From assembly GCF_009914755.1 (NCBI RefSeq), contig NC_060947.1: 64,000 bases of DNA, one strand, 5' to 3'. The translations under genes were made by a program, and so were the position numbers. The notes under the pieces were generated by a model that was not told the origin of the DNA, did not search any database, and was given only the letters and a program-made list of their open reading frames with translations. Of this stretch, positions 38,853 through 56,445 are shown in pieces (within the stretch, counting starts at the first letter, position 1; the number at the start of each line of letters is the position of its first letter). Origin of the DNA: the human T2T-CHM13v2.0 reference genome, Homo sapiens.

Positions 38853-40907
38853 CTAGTGATGTGGGTTCACATCTTTAATCATTCATCCATTCACTGAATA
38901 AATATGTATCTATTCAGTGGGTACTGTGTCCAGGCATTATACTGACGATATAATGGTGAGCGAAATACTTATATTTCATAGAATTTGGCTCTAGTAGGGA
39001 ACACAGAGATGTTGAAAAACACACATGCACAAACAAACATGAACATAAACTGCAACAAGTGACTTGAAGAAAAGGAGTGTGATGCTGCTAGAATTCTAAA
39101 ACAGGGGTTAGTACATCATAGGTCCCTGAGGCAGTGACATTTAAGTGGAACCCTCAACGGTTTGGAGAAGCTAATTCAGTGAAGGGGGCTGATAGAGGAA
39201 GAAAAGTGTGGGCAGGAGGAGGGGCACACTTGAAAGTCCTGAGGCCAGAGAGAGTGGAGAACTAACAGAGCCCAGAGAATTAGAAGGGAGGCAGGTGCGT
39301 GTCAAGGCCAGAGGCGTGGGCAGAGGCCGGGCCATGCAAGGGCTTTTAGGCCACATTAAGGACTTTAGATTTTTATCTTAAGTGTGTTGGTCACTACAGC
39401 AGGGTTCGAAGCAGATGAAAGATACTGTCTGAATCGTGTCTTTTAAAAGTGACTGAAGCCACTGTGTGGAGCATACACTTCAGACGAGACAGGTAGGAGG
39501 CTTTGCAGTGGCAGTGAGAGATGATGATGACCTAGACTAGGCAGGGGCAGTGGAGGTGGAGAAGCAGACAGCTTCAAGACCTGGGGATTGGTTGGTGACG
39601 GCATAAGAGAGTCCGCAAGAGAGGAAATGTGTTCAGAATAACCCTGGGGTTTCTAAGTAGATGGAGGTACCATTTGTTGAGAAGGGGAACAGAGTGGGAA
39701 GGGGGAGCCTGAACACAGCAAACAAGATACCTCCCAAGATTTTCCTCTGAATACATCATGCGAGGAACAATCTGCCAGACACTCTCATAAGTCAAGTAGA
39801 CAGAATGTCCAACCCAAAAGCCAGGGGCTGTGAGCAACAGCAAATCTAGCTGCTCATCAGAAACATCTGGAGGAGGGGGCTGTTTTTAAAAGAATAGATC
39901 TTTGGACCCCATTGTAGACCTCTTGCATCAGATTCTCTCCTTGTAGTGCCAAGAATCTTAATTTTAACAAGTTTCCCAGGCGACTCTTATGCAGCCAGCA
40001 CCACACAAGTCCTCCCCATGCCTAGAAACCCCTGGAAAGCTTTGCAGAGCAAGCATCGTCATCCCTGTCTTTACAGTGAGGGAACTAGAGTTCAGAGAGG
40101 TTCAGTACCTTGCCCAAGATCACACAGTTAGTAAATGGTAGAGTCTATCAAACACCACATTTGGCACTCAATAAACATTCATTATATTATTCCTATTGTT
40201 AGTACACTTCTTCTCCAACATTTGTCTGAGATCTGGCACCCAGAGATTTTACTGGCTTATGACGAATCAGAAAGTTAGGAAAATGCTGTGTTCTTTTAAA
40301 AACTAAATGTATTTCATGTAAATGATTCTTTTTTTTTTTTTTTTTTTTTCATGTGTTTTTTTTTTTTATTATACTCTAAGTTTTAGGGTACATGTGCACA
40401 TTGTGCAGGTTAGTTACATATGTATACATGTGCCATGCTTGTGCGCTGCACCCACTAATGTGTCATCTAGCATTAGGTATATCTCCCAATGCTATCCCTC
40501 CCCCCTCCCCCGACCCCACCACAGTCCCCAGAGTGTGATATTCCCCTTCCTGTGTCCATGTGATCTCATTGTTCAATTCCCACCTATGAGTGAGAATATG
40601 CGGTGTTTGGTTTTTTGTTCTTGCGATAGTTTACTGAGAATGATGGTTTCCAATTTCATCCATGTCCCTACAAAGGATATGAACTCATCATTTTTTATGG
40701 CTGCATAGTATTCCATGGTGTATATGTGCCACATTTTCTTAATCCAGTCTATCATTGTTGGACATTTGGGTTGGTTCCAAGTCTTTGCTATTGTGAATAG
40801 TGCCGCAATAAACATACGTGTGCATGTGTCTTTATAGCAGCATGATTTATACTAGAACTAGAAATACCATTTGACCCAGCCATCCCATTACTGGGTATAT
40901 ACCCAAA
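38807..40907 (-). mobile_element. L1HS-Ta insertion with 5' inversion and 3' transduction
   Basis: TSD ggacttaggttatatttc at 38789-38806 and 40908-40925. T46 at 38807-38852; L1 body 40368-40853 with Ta diagnostics ACA (40459-61) and G (40376); inverted piece 40852-40907; EN site TTTC/AA. Confidence 0.95.
38853..40328 (-). other. 1476-bp 3'-transduced flank of the source L1 (contains L2, MER5-like and MIR fragments)
   Basis: Lies between two poly(A) tails inside one TSD pair; minus-strand ATTAAA (38874-38879) sits 21 nt before the outer tail. Confidence 0.92.
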
Positions 40908-41265
40908 GGACTTAGGTTATATTTCAAACCCTAACATAATCACTAAATTTTTTAAAAGTACAATTGGTGTGTTAAGAAAGGAAAAAATGGAATCATATAA
41001 AATGCTCAAAACCAGAAAAGGCAGAAAATGAGGAGAAGAAAAAAAATAAAGAGCAAGTACAACAAACAGAAAACTGTTACAAACATGATATATATTAATT
41101 CAACTATATCAATAATCACTTTAAATGTGAATGGTCCAAGTACAGCAATTAAAGGACAGAGGTAGTCAGAATGGATTAAAATAACAAGACCCAACTGTGT
41201 GGGTTGGGTCTACAAGAAACCCACCTTAATTCTAAAAACTCGAATAAATTAAAAGTAAAGGGATG

Positions 41266-41539
41266 GGCTAGATGCAGTGGCTCACACCTGTAACCCCAGC
41301 ACTTTGGGAGATAGAGGCAAGAGGATCGCTTGAAGCCAGGAGTCCAAGACCAGCCTGGGTAACATAGCGAGACCTTGTCTCTACAAAAAATAAAAAAATA
41401 GCCAGGCATGGTAGCACATGCCTGTAGTCCCAGCTACTTGGTAGGCTGAGGCAGGAGAATCACTTGAGCCCAAGCATCAACTATGATTTTACTACTGCAC
41501 TCCAGCCTGGGTGAAAGAGCAAGACGCTGTCTCAAACGA
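41266..41539 (+). mobile_element. AluJ with a small internal deletion
   Basis: ggatcgcttgaagccagg and aacatagcgagacc diagnostics; TSD aaaagtaaag(gg/aa)atg. Confidence 0.88.
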
Positions 41540-42367
41540 AAAAGTAAAGAAATGAAGTAAAAAGGAAAAGGAATTTAGAAAGATATATATTAATATAATG
41601 ATAAAATACTTTCACATAGTAAGAGCTCAGTGAATGATTCTTATAATTGTTGTTTTTGTTGCTGTTGTTATTGGACTTAGAGCTCCTAGGTAACTGGGGC
41701 CTAATCTGCTTCATCACTGCCTCCCCAGCACCTGACACAGAGCAAATGGGAAGAAAGGGAAGCCAAATCAATTCATATAAAATGGATTAAGTGCCTACAC
41801 TGTGCCAGGCCCTGTTTCAGGGAAAAAGGTCATTTAAATGCCGATTCTGTTATTGAGTAGCTCACGGTGAAATGGAGAAGATAAATTTTCACTCTTTCAA
41901 CAAATACTTATCTGTAAATCAATAATGACAAGTACAGTGTGGTCAGTGTTTTACATTTTGACATCTCTGAAATCAGGAGGCATCTTGAGACCAATGATTT
42001 CTTAGCAATGTGCTGTCATTTCATTGACAGCATTTTTTTTAGTGTTACATAAAATGATGGTGTAATTTCAATCAATGGCATCTTAGATTTGAGGAAATAT
42101 GGCAATAAATTATGGCCTTTGGCAACCTTGGGCCATGGATTTCATTGATGAGAAAAACCAAGGTTTAGAAAGGTTAAATAATTGTTCAAGATCACAAAGC
42201 TGGTAAGTAGCAGGTCCTTGTGACTCTAAAATACATGCTTTGTCTTTCACTGCAACACTTCAAGAATTGAGTAGGCACTCAATATCAGTTTGAGCATTTA
42301 AATGAATGAACGAATAAATGAGTAACAGTAAATGTCAGCCTTTGAAATAAAGTGTTTCACGACATTT

Positions 42368-42687
42368 TGTTGCTGTCCAATAGAAATATGTGAGCTTCAT
42401 ATGTAATTTTAAATTTCCTAGTGAATACATTTTTAAAGTTTTTTTTAAAAAGTGAAATTAATTTTAATAATGTATTTATTTCATCTACTATGCCAAAATG
42501 TTATCATTTCAACATGCAATTCAATTTAAAAAATTGTTAATGAGATAATTTACATTTTGTTTTTCATACTAACTCTTTGAAATCTAGTATATATTTCATA
42601 CTTACAGCACATCTCAATTTGCAATAGCTACATCTCAAGTGTTCAGTAGCCACATGTAGGTAGTGGCTACCTCATTGGACAGTGCAG
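42368..42687. mobile_element. MER33-like hAT-Charlie non-autonomous element
   Basis: Terminal inverted repeats ctgtccaat...attggacag; tagccacatgtaggtagtggcta motif. Confidence 0.75.
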
Positions 42688-43930
42688 TACTAGAGCACCA
42701 GGAAGATCTTACTGCCTCTCTTCCTGGCTCACTGATGCCAACAAGTTTGCCTCTAGAACTTTCTTCATTTGGCTATTAAATGACTGTCTTCTTTCCCTCT
42801 CCACGATGCTTTAGTAATCATCATACATCAGTGTTAAGGACCTTTTTTCCTCTTTCTATTTTTTACATTTTACTTGTTAACTTATTATTATAAAAAATTT
42901 CTGACACATAAAAAAGTAGAGAGAACAGAATAATAAACTCCCATGTACTTAACCTTTTGCCCATCTCATTTCATTTTCCATACTCTGCTGCCTTTCCATG
43001 CATTTTCCTCTCAGGGTATTTTAAAGTAAATCATTTAGTCCCTAAGTGTTTCAGAATGCTTTTTTAACAGAAAATGTTTCTATTTTAAACATAGCCTCAA
43101 TTTTGTTTTAAACATAAGCCCAGTACTCGATGTCATTATTAGAGTCTTTTTGAATTATTACCCACATATTTCCCTCTAATCTGTGCAAGGCCCTGGCAGG
43201 CGGGATGGGAGAAGAAGATGCAGTGATCTTGGCTAGTCACTCTACCTCTCCGAAACTTCAATTTCTATAAAATGGAGATAAAATAGCTACCACACTGGAT
43301 TGTGGTGATTATTCTGTGAGATACCCCAGGTATAGCTCTAAGCCTAGTGCCTGACAGATAATGGAAGCTTAATAAGAGAAAGGTTCATGGTAAAAGGGAA
43401 GTCTTAACCAATATAGACTAAAGCAGATTGATAGCTTTCATTGTTCCGGGTATCATGCTTTTATCAATGCATCCTGTCACTTTCCTAGCTTTTGTCACAG
43501 TCATATCACATTATTGAGCCAAGGATGTTGTTGTTAATTAAAACCCCTTTGTCATTTTCACAGTTGCTGCTATTGAGCCCTGACTTTGCATCTTGTGATT
43601 GTCCCTGCACTTTTACCCTCTCACAAATCTGTCCCTCCTTGCTCAGCTCCTCATTGTCTCACATTGGGATAATCTTAATTGTCTCCTAACAAGTCTCCTT
43701 GCCACTATTTTAGTCCCACCCCATTCTACTGGCTTTGAGGTTTCAACTGAGAGAAGGACCAATTGTTTCCCAGCTCCTTCGGGGATCTGGAACAGGAAGG
43801 ATAGGAGACAGGGTCTCCTAATTGCTTTTCCTACTTTCACATGTTCCTTTTCAACTCATCCTTCTTTAGCTACCAGAATGATCTTTCTAACACAGAGATC
43901 CACATGCCACTCTCCTCAAAACCATTCACA

Positions 43931-44259
<329 letters not shown>

Positions 44260-46405
44260 CATTCAAAGGCTCCTCTTATTCTCTAGAATAAAGTCTAACT
44301 GTTGAACAAAGCATTCAAGTTCCTCTAAGGTCTGATCATAACCTCCAGTGGCTTCCCACTTCATTCAGAATAAAAGCCGAAATTCTTATTGTGGCTTACA
44401 AGACCCTCCATGCTCCGCCTCCCACCTTGCCCTATAATCCTAACCTCTCTGACCTTGTGTCCTACTACTCATCCTTGCTCACTCTGCCTCAGGGACACCA
44501 GTCTTCCAACTTATTCCTTGAACATAAGAAGTATGTTCCCACCTTGGGACCCTTGTACGTATCACTCCCTCTGCCTGGAACTCTCTACTCCAGATACTCA
44601 CATGGCTCATTTGCAATTTTTTTCAGCTTTTTATTCAAATGTCACCTTCTCAGTCATTGTACCTTATTTAAAATTACAGCCCCAGCAAGCCCCCACATCC
44701 CATCCTTTTATCTGCTTTACTTTCCACCATATCACTTAATATGAGTATATAATATTTTTGTATTTATTGTGTAAATTCCTATACTAAAAAGTAAGCTGCA
44801 TGAAGACAGCAATTTTTGTTTGTTGTTCACTGTCATATTCCTGACACTACCTTCACCTTCCCATCTGGATGTATTCTTCACGCATCTTAATATAGTGCTC
44901 CCACAGTGTTATATATTTATCCCTATGGTAGCACTAATCACTCTGGACAATATCTTTCTATTTCTTTTTCTATTTCCCTCACTAGTTCTAGAGCTTCCTG
45001 TGGTATTTTCATGGAGTCAGTGTCTATTATTTCACTGACTTTTTTAAAGTTTCATTTTGTTTTTAATTGACACTACAGCTAGATTTTAGAGCTGAGGTAC
45101 AGGACTTTGCACTTGAATAAGATTAATACATCTTGTCAGCTGTGGTCTGGAGCCCAGGTCTACATGCACCCTCCTTGGACTGAGGATATTACCCTGGGCT
45201 CTTGTTTCCTGGCCCTACCCATTTACAGCCTGTTTGCATATGTAACCTTGATTGGAATGTTCTCTAGCCCTCAACAAAGCAATTGGTAAAATTATTGGGC
45301 AAAATGTTAAGATAGGGTTGGGGAGGGAATGCTTTGTGTCAAACTACCAAAGATGTCATCTGCAAGGACTCTACCATTCATGCAGTCACCTCCATACATA
45401 TCAGCCTGAGCTATTCTCTATATGAGTTTTTTATATTTTCTTAGATTGCTCACAGAAGGCAAAGAGGCCTGAACCACCCCATATACACACCCTCTGGGCT
45501 CCAACACTGATGTTTCAATTTTGCGGGATGCTCAGAGGCCTGAGGAGCTCCAACATCAAGGCACTTCAGTTAATTGGATAGTGTCAGAGGCCTTCTCTCT
45601 CCCAGGTCCTGTGAGTAGTAGTCTGAGAGATCTTGAGGGCAGGCAGCTTATCTTTCATTTCTATATCCCTGTAACCTGGTAAGGCCTTAGTGCAAAGTAG
45701 GCACTTATCCTGTGATTAATGATGAATAGATGAATGACCAAATAAACCAACAAATAAAATCATCCATAATCTAAAATACCACAGGGAAAAAGAAAACTAT
45801 TAGGGCTATCTAGCAAAAAGCATCAGGTGCTAGAAGCCAAAGACCAAAATGAGAAAACATTGGTAAGAGTCTAGAGGCCATGTAACTTCCTCACCCTTGT
45901 ATTCTAGGTTGTCCACTTCCATTTTCCTGAAGAAATTATTAAGAAACCACTCAAAGTTCAAAGGAAATCTATGTTCATGAGAATATAGGAAAATGAGAAA
46001 CCTTGTCTTCTACTGAGAAGCATATAAATTGCTCTGGAAAGCAGTCTTGATGCAGCAATTCCATCCCTAGGAGCTAAACCCAAGGAGACAGACAGACTAT
46101 TAGACTACAAGCTCCAGCACGGCAGAAAATTAACATGTTTTACCCACCATATTTCCCCAGAGCCTAGCACAATAAGCACCTGTAAGCATTAAATCAATCT
46201 TTCCTGAATAAGTACATTTTAAAACATGTATTTTATATACAGGAATATTTTTTAATTTTTAAGTGTTAATATAATCCAATTCATCATTTCTTTCCGTTTT
46301 TTAATGATTCATGCTTTTTGCGTCCTAAGAACACCTTGAACAACCCAGTGGTTCTCAACCTGGGGGCTAGTCACTTTGTAGGGGACATTTGGCAATGTCT
46401 AGAGA

Positions 46406-46592
46406 TTTTCTTTCTGTTTTTTATTTTTGGAAATGGAATCTCCTTATGTCATCCAAACTGGAGTACGTTGGCTATTCACAGGCATGATCATATAATAGCA
46501 CACTGTGACCTCGAACTTCTGGTTTCATGTGATCCTCCCACCTCAGCCACCAGTGTAGCTGGGAGGACAAGTGCCCGCCATCACACCTGGCT
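46406..46592 (-). mobile_element. FAM (fossil Alu monomer)
   Basis: Monomeric Alu retaining the 7SL-derived ggctattcacagg (CCTGTGAATAGCC) segment. Confidence 0.75.
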
Positions 46593-48804
46593 ACACAAGA
46601 GTATTTATTACGATGTTTGTACTACTGAAAAATTATCGCTGGGATGGAGCTCCCAGAGAGAGGGGCAGGCTGCCATCTTTGCTGTTTGGCCAACTTAGCA
46701 TTTCTTTGTTGCTTTCAGTCTTTGCAGAGTCTGAAGCGACTAGGGGCTGCAGTGGCCTCCCAGGACAGCACAGCTGCTCTACAAAAATGTGGCCAGACTG
46801 CTTTTATAGTGGGTCCTGGATCCATTTCTCCTCACTTGGCAGGACCTCCCAACTGGGGTCTCCAGCCTTCTTCCTACAGGTGCATTCAGGCTGGCAACAG
46901 GTCCATACCTCCCTGTGATGGAACTCCCAGAGGGAGGGGCAGGCCACCATCTTTGCTGTTTTGCAGATTTCACTGTTGGTGCTTTCAGGTACTGGAAAAT
47001 TCAAAGTGACTAGGGACTGGGGCAGAACCCCATCATACCACAACAGCCTTGTGGAAAAGTGTCCAGACTGTTACATAGGTGCCCATTCCCATATTTCCTC
47101 CCTGGGTGAGTCTTCCAGGCCTGGGCCTTCAGCCAGCCCCCACCAGGGTTATTGAGCCAGTAGCAACTCTGCAGCTCCTTGGACAGAGCTCCCAGTGGGA
47201 AAGGTGAGTTGCCATCTTTGCTCCTTTCAGCCCTTTCCCTTGCTGTTTCCAGGCTTGGAAGAGTCTGTGGGGACCAAGGGCTGGTTTGGACCCCCAGCAC
47301 AGAGCAACCACCTCACAGAAAAGTGGTCAGACTGTTCTCCATGCAGGTCGTGGTCCTCACTTCTCAATGGGCAGAGCCACCCAACCTGAGACTCCAGCAC
47401 AACCAACCTGCCCTTACCTGATCACCGCAATCAGAGGCAGGCCAGCATTTCTCTGAGGAAGAAATCCCAGAGTCAATTCACAACCACTCCACCACTGCAG
47501 TTGCAGTAGTACAGCCATAACAGCCCTCAGACTTCAGAATAAGGAAGGAACAAAAGGTCTAGTCATTACACTGGTACTTCCAGCACACCACAGCCACCAT
47601 ACAAAGTGTGGAGCACAACCCTTCTTCCCTGGAAACCTACACTGCGCACTCTTCACCAGGCAGGAACCCTGGCTCATGAATGCAGAACAGCCACCCTACC
47701 CATGGATGAGCATGCCCACTGGTAGTGGCCCAGATTTTCCCCAGGGAGAGGCTATCAGAAGCATATGACAGCCCCTCCATCACTGCCATAGTAACAGTTC
47801 TATCCCTGCTGCCCTTCATCTGGAGAAGAAATAAAGAGCTTGAGGGCTACATGCAAGCTTACAGCATGCCACCAGTACCATACAGAGAGGAGAACAATCT
47901 CTCCTCCCTGCGAGCCTTCTGCCCCTAGCTCCCCAACAAGTGGAACCCCAAGCTCACAACAGCAGTGCAGCCTCCCCACTCCAGTGGCTGAACAACCCCA
48001 ATAACAGTGGCTCTGTGTTTCTTGGAGGCAGAGCTCCCACAGGCAACTGAAAACTTCTCTGCCACTGCTTCTGCAGTGGAACTGCTCTTGCTACCCTTAG
48101 ACTAATGAAGGAGCAAAGACCCTAAGTGCCTTATCTACACCTCCAACAAGCTGCAGTCAACCCAAAGAGAGGAGGCTAGTCCATCTCCCATGGGTTCCAC
48201 TTACTTCCTTGCTGATCACCATTCAGAGAATCCTTGAATTAGGCCCAGAGCACAGACCTTCCATCCTGGGCTAATTGCACTGAGCAATTGCTGACCTGCA
48301 GCTCTCTGTGGTGGAACCCCCAAGAGGCAAGCAAAGGACTCTTGGCCACAGCCACTACTAAGATCCCTTCCTCTGCTTCCTCCAAATTGGAGGAGGGGGG
48401 ACATAAACCCAGAGATCACCCTAGAGCTGTGGTGGACAGCCCAAGAATGCCCAGCCACAATCTATGGCCAGCACTTAAGTGGGAGAGGAGCCCACACCTT
48501 CAGACCATTGAGAGGGAGCACAGCTGCAACTATGAGGAAATATAGGGGAGCCATGTGACTGAGGAAGAGTCTACCAACTAGCCAATATGCCTAAGCACCA
48601 CCTACAGATCACGCCCCAAAGCTTCAATACAAAAAAAAAAAAAACCATACCTCACTAACATACACCCCGCTGAAACCAAAGGCAAGAAGTAAGCTGCAAA
48701 TAAGGACCCTGCACAAAGCCTCAGCCCTGTGAAAACATTCAGAAAAGAAGTCCATCAACTTTACTCAATCTACAATGCCGTTAAGGGAACACTCACAGGC
48801 AGAG

Positions 48805-50120
<1,316 letters not shown>

Positions 50121-50187
50121 AAATACACAGACCAGTGACACTATAAAGAAATCACACAATCTGGCATAATAACCAGCTAACAACACA

Positions 50188-54100
<3,913 letters not shown>

Positions 54101-55199
54101 ATGGTGAAAACTCATGGACACAAAGAATCAATAGACACTGGGGCCTACTTGAGGGTGGAGAGTGGGAGAAGAGAGAGCACCAGAAAAAATAACTATTGTT
54201 GCTAGGCTTAGCACGTGGGTGTAAAATAATCTGTACAACAAACCCATGACACAAATTTACCTATATGACAAATGTGCACATGTACCCCTGAACCTGAAAT
54301 AAAAGCTAAAAAGAAAGAAAAATTAGAAGCAACCTAAATATCTCCCAAGAGAAGTACCTATGGGATATTATGTCATTAGGAATGATACTTTAGATCAGAA
54401 TGTTTTGCCAATGCATATTTTCAATAATATAACGTTGCATTACACACACACACACACACACACGAGCGTGTGTGTGTTTGCCAATATAAGATTTTCAACA
54501 AAACGTCAAATAATGGTTTATGCCTGAATGGTGGGATTGTAAGAATCTTGAACTTTCCTTCCTTTTTTTAAAATATTTGACCATGTGTATGTATTCTTCT
54601 AAAATAAAGTGTTAACATAAAAAGATATAAGCTGTTAAGGGGACTGGTAAGAAGGAGGCTCTTGGAATATTACAGCCCTTTTTGCCATCAGTCTTTTCTC
54701 CAAGACTGTCAGAAATACGGCCGGTTTTAAAAAGCTGAGTGCTGACAGTCAATATTGGAATCAGGCCAGCCCTCCAAGGATGAAGAAGGGGTTGTGACAT
54801 AAATGACTAGAGGCCCATTGATCCTGAAAACTTCTGAGCCATCAGAGGAATCAGGTTGATGTGCTGATGTGCCCTTGCTTGGCCTGATATCCCAGGGCTT
54901 CATCTCTGGCAGCCAACTGGAAATCTTACTTTATCCACATCTGAATGAGCCAGCCAGTATGTGGGGTTCTCCCTGGCAGAGGCCCAGGTAGGCTGAGGGA
55001 GATGTTGCTATTGGAGCTGCCTTCTCCACCGAGCAGCAGTGAGCTGCTGGTTCTCACTGATCAAAGTCGTTTTCATGCCACAGGCCTTGAGAACTGCCCC
55101 CAGGAGCACCCAGAGAAGGTGGCCCCTACCCTCCTGAAGGAATGAATGAGGGACTTGATGTCTCAACAAAATAGCAAAACAGGCTCATGTAGAGAGAAG

Positions 55200-56340
55200 A
55201 GAGGAAATTATTACTAAAGTTTGAAAGCTGAAAAGGAGGGAGGAATATTTCAGGCCATGGAGTTAGGCTCCAAAAAGATGTCAACAGGCTGAAGTAAGTG
55301 GTTGAACCTGACCAGATGATTGACAGTTACAAATGGAGAGGCCTGCAATTGAGTGCAGAAAACCAACTGACTATTCACAGGGTGGAATAGACTGTCCTAT
55401 ACACAGTTTGCAGAAAAGGAACTTGAGACTTTCCCTTATAGGCATCATCACTGAGATGATAAAGCCCAAAAAATCTAATGGGAACTTAGGCTGCAACAAC
55501 ATATGTATAGTGTTTAGATCAAGGGAAGCAACAGTCCCTTTCCACTCTGTAGTGGTTAGACCCTTACTGAGGGACTTCCTTTTGGCTCGGACTACCATAC
55601 ATTAAGTGGGTCATATGTAGGATGTGTACAGAAGGGAGTGAACAGACAAGGGTGCGGCTGAAAGAATTTGGAGCTGTGGCCATTTATGCTAGTGTTTTAG
55701 TCCATTTTGTGTTGCTATAAAGGAATACCTGAGACTAGGTAATTTATGAAGAAAATAGGTTAATTGGCTCATGGTTCTGCAGGCTGCATAAGCATAGTGC
55801 TGCTGTCTGCTTGAATCCTGGTGAGGCCACAGGAAGTTTACGATCATGGCGGAGGAAGAAGAGGGAGCAAGAGAGTGAAGAGGGGTCCTGGACCTTTTTA
55901 AACAACCAGATCTTTCATGAACTAACTGAGCGAGAACTCACTCATCACCAAGGAACTAGTGCTAAGCCATTCGTGAGGGATTTGACCCCAGGATCCAATA
56001 CTTCCCACTAGGCTCCACTTCCAACATTGGAGGCCACATTTCAATATGAGATTTGGAGGAGACAAACATCCAAATCCTATCAGCTGGAGAAGAGACGACT
56101 TAAGAGAAGTGCTCTTTTTGTAGACCTCTAAGATATTGTCAGGAACAGAGAGAGCAGATGGAGTCTGAGAGGCTTCAGAAGGCAGAAATGAGACCCTTGG
56201 GTGGGAACCAGCAGGAAACAAATTTCAGCTCAACACAAGGAAGGACTTTTTAACTGAGCAGCCTATAAATGAAACAGGTTGTCATTAGATGGAGTGAACT
56301 CCTTATCATAGGAGATATGCAGGAGGGGCCTAGACAAGTG
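55200..56340 (+). mobile_element. L3/CR1 remnant split by an MST LTR
   Basis: gtttagatcaagggaagcaacagtccc...ctgtagtggttagacc and tttcagctcaacacaaggaaggacttt resemble the CR1 3' region. Confidence 0.6.
55693..56082 (-). mobile_element. MST (MSTB-like) MaLR solo LTR
   Basis: TG...CA ends; ctataaaggaatacctgagact...ggctcatggttctgcaggctg; 5-bp TSD gctag/gctgg. Confidence 0.88.
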
Positions 56341-56373
56341 TTTTTCCAAGATATTGCAGAGAAGAATCATATC

Positions 56374-56394
56374 TAGATAGATAGATAGATAGAT

Positions 56395-56444
<50 letters not shown>
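56374..56444. repeat. Interrupted (TAGA)n STR
   Basis: Read directly; one TGA interruption. Confidence 0.95.

Positions 56445-56445
<1 letters not shown>

Larger units (their letters stand above)
37926..41265 (+). mobile_element. Old L1M host (5' region, ORF1 end, inter-ORF, EN start), split by the L1HS insertion
   Basis: tttgaaagtggacttaga...tatatttc|aaaccctaacataatcacta reads as continuous L1M once 38807-40925 is removed; atcactttaaatgtgaatgg EN start at ~41117. Confidence 0.8.

Noticed and set aside
40573-40815. Clean 80-aa ORF matching the L1 ORF2p C-terminus
   Set aside because: Part of a 5'-truncated L1HS with no promoter, so not a gene.
40900-40912. CCCAAAGGAC as a Ta-0 diagnostic
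   Set aside because: GGACT is part of the TSD, so the site is uninformative. The other junction and the DEFISF peptide lean Ta-1, but this is not resolved.
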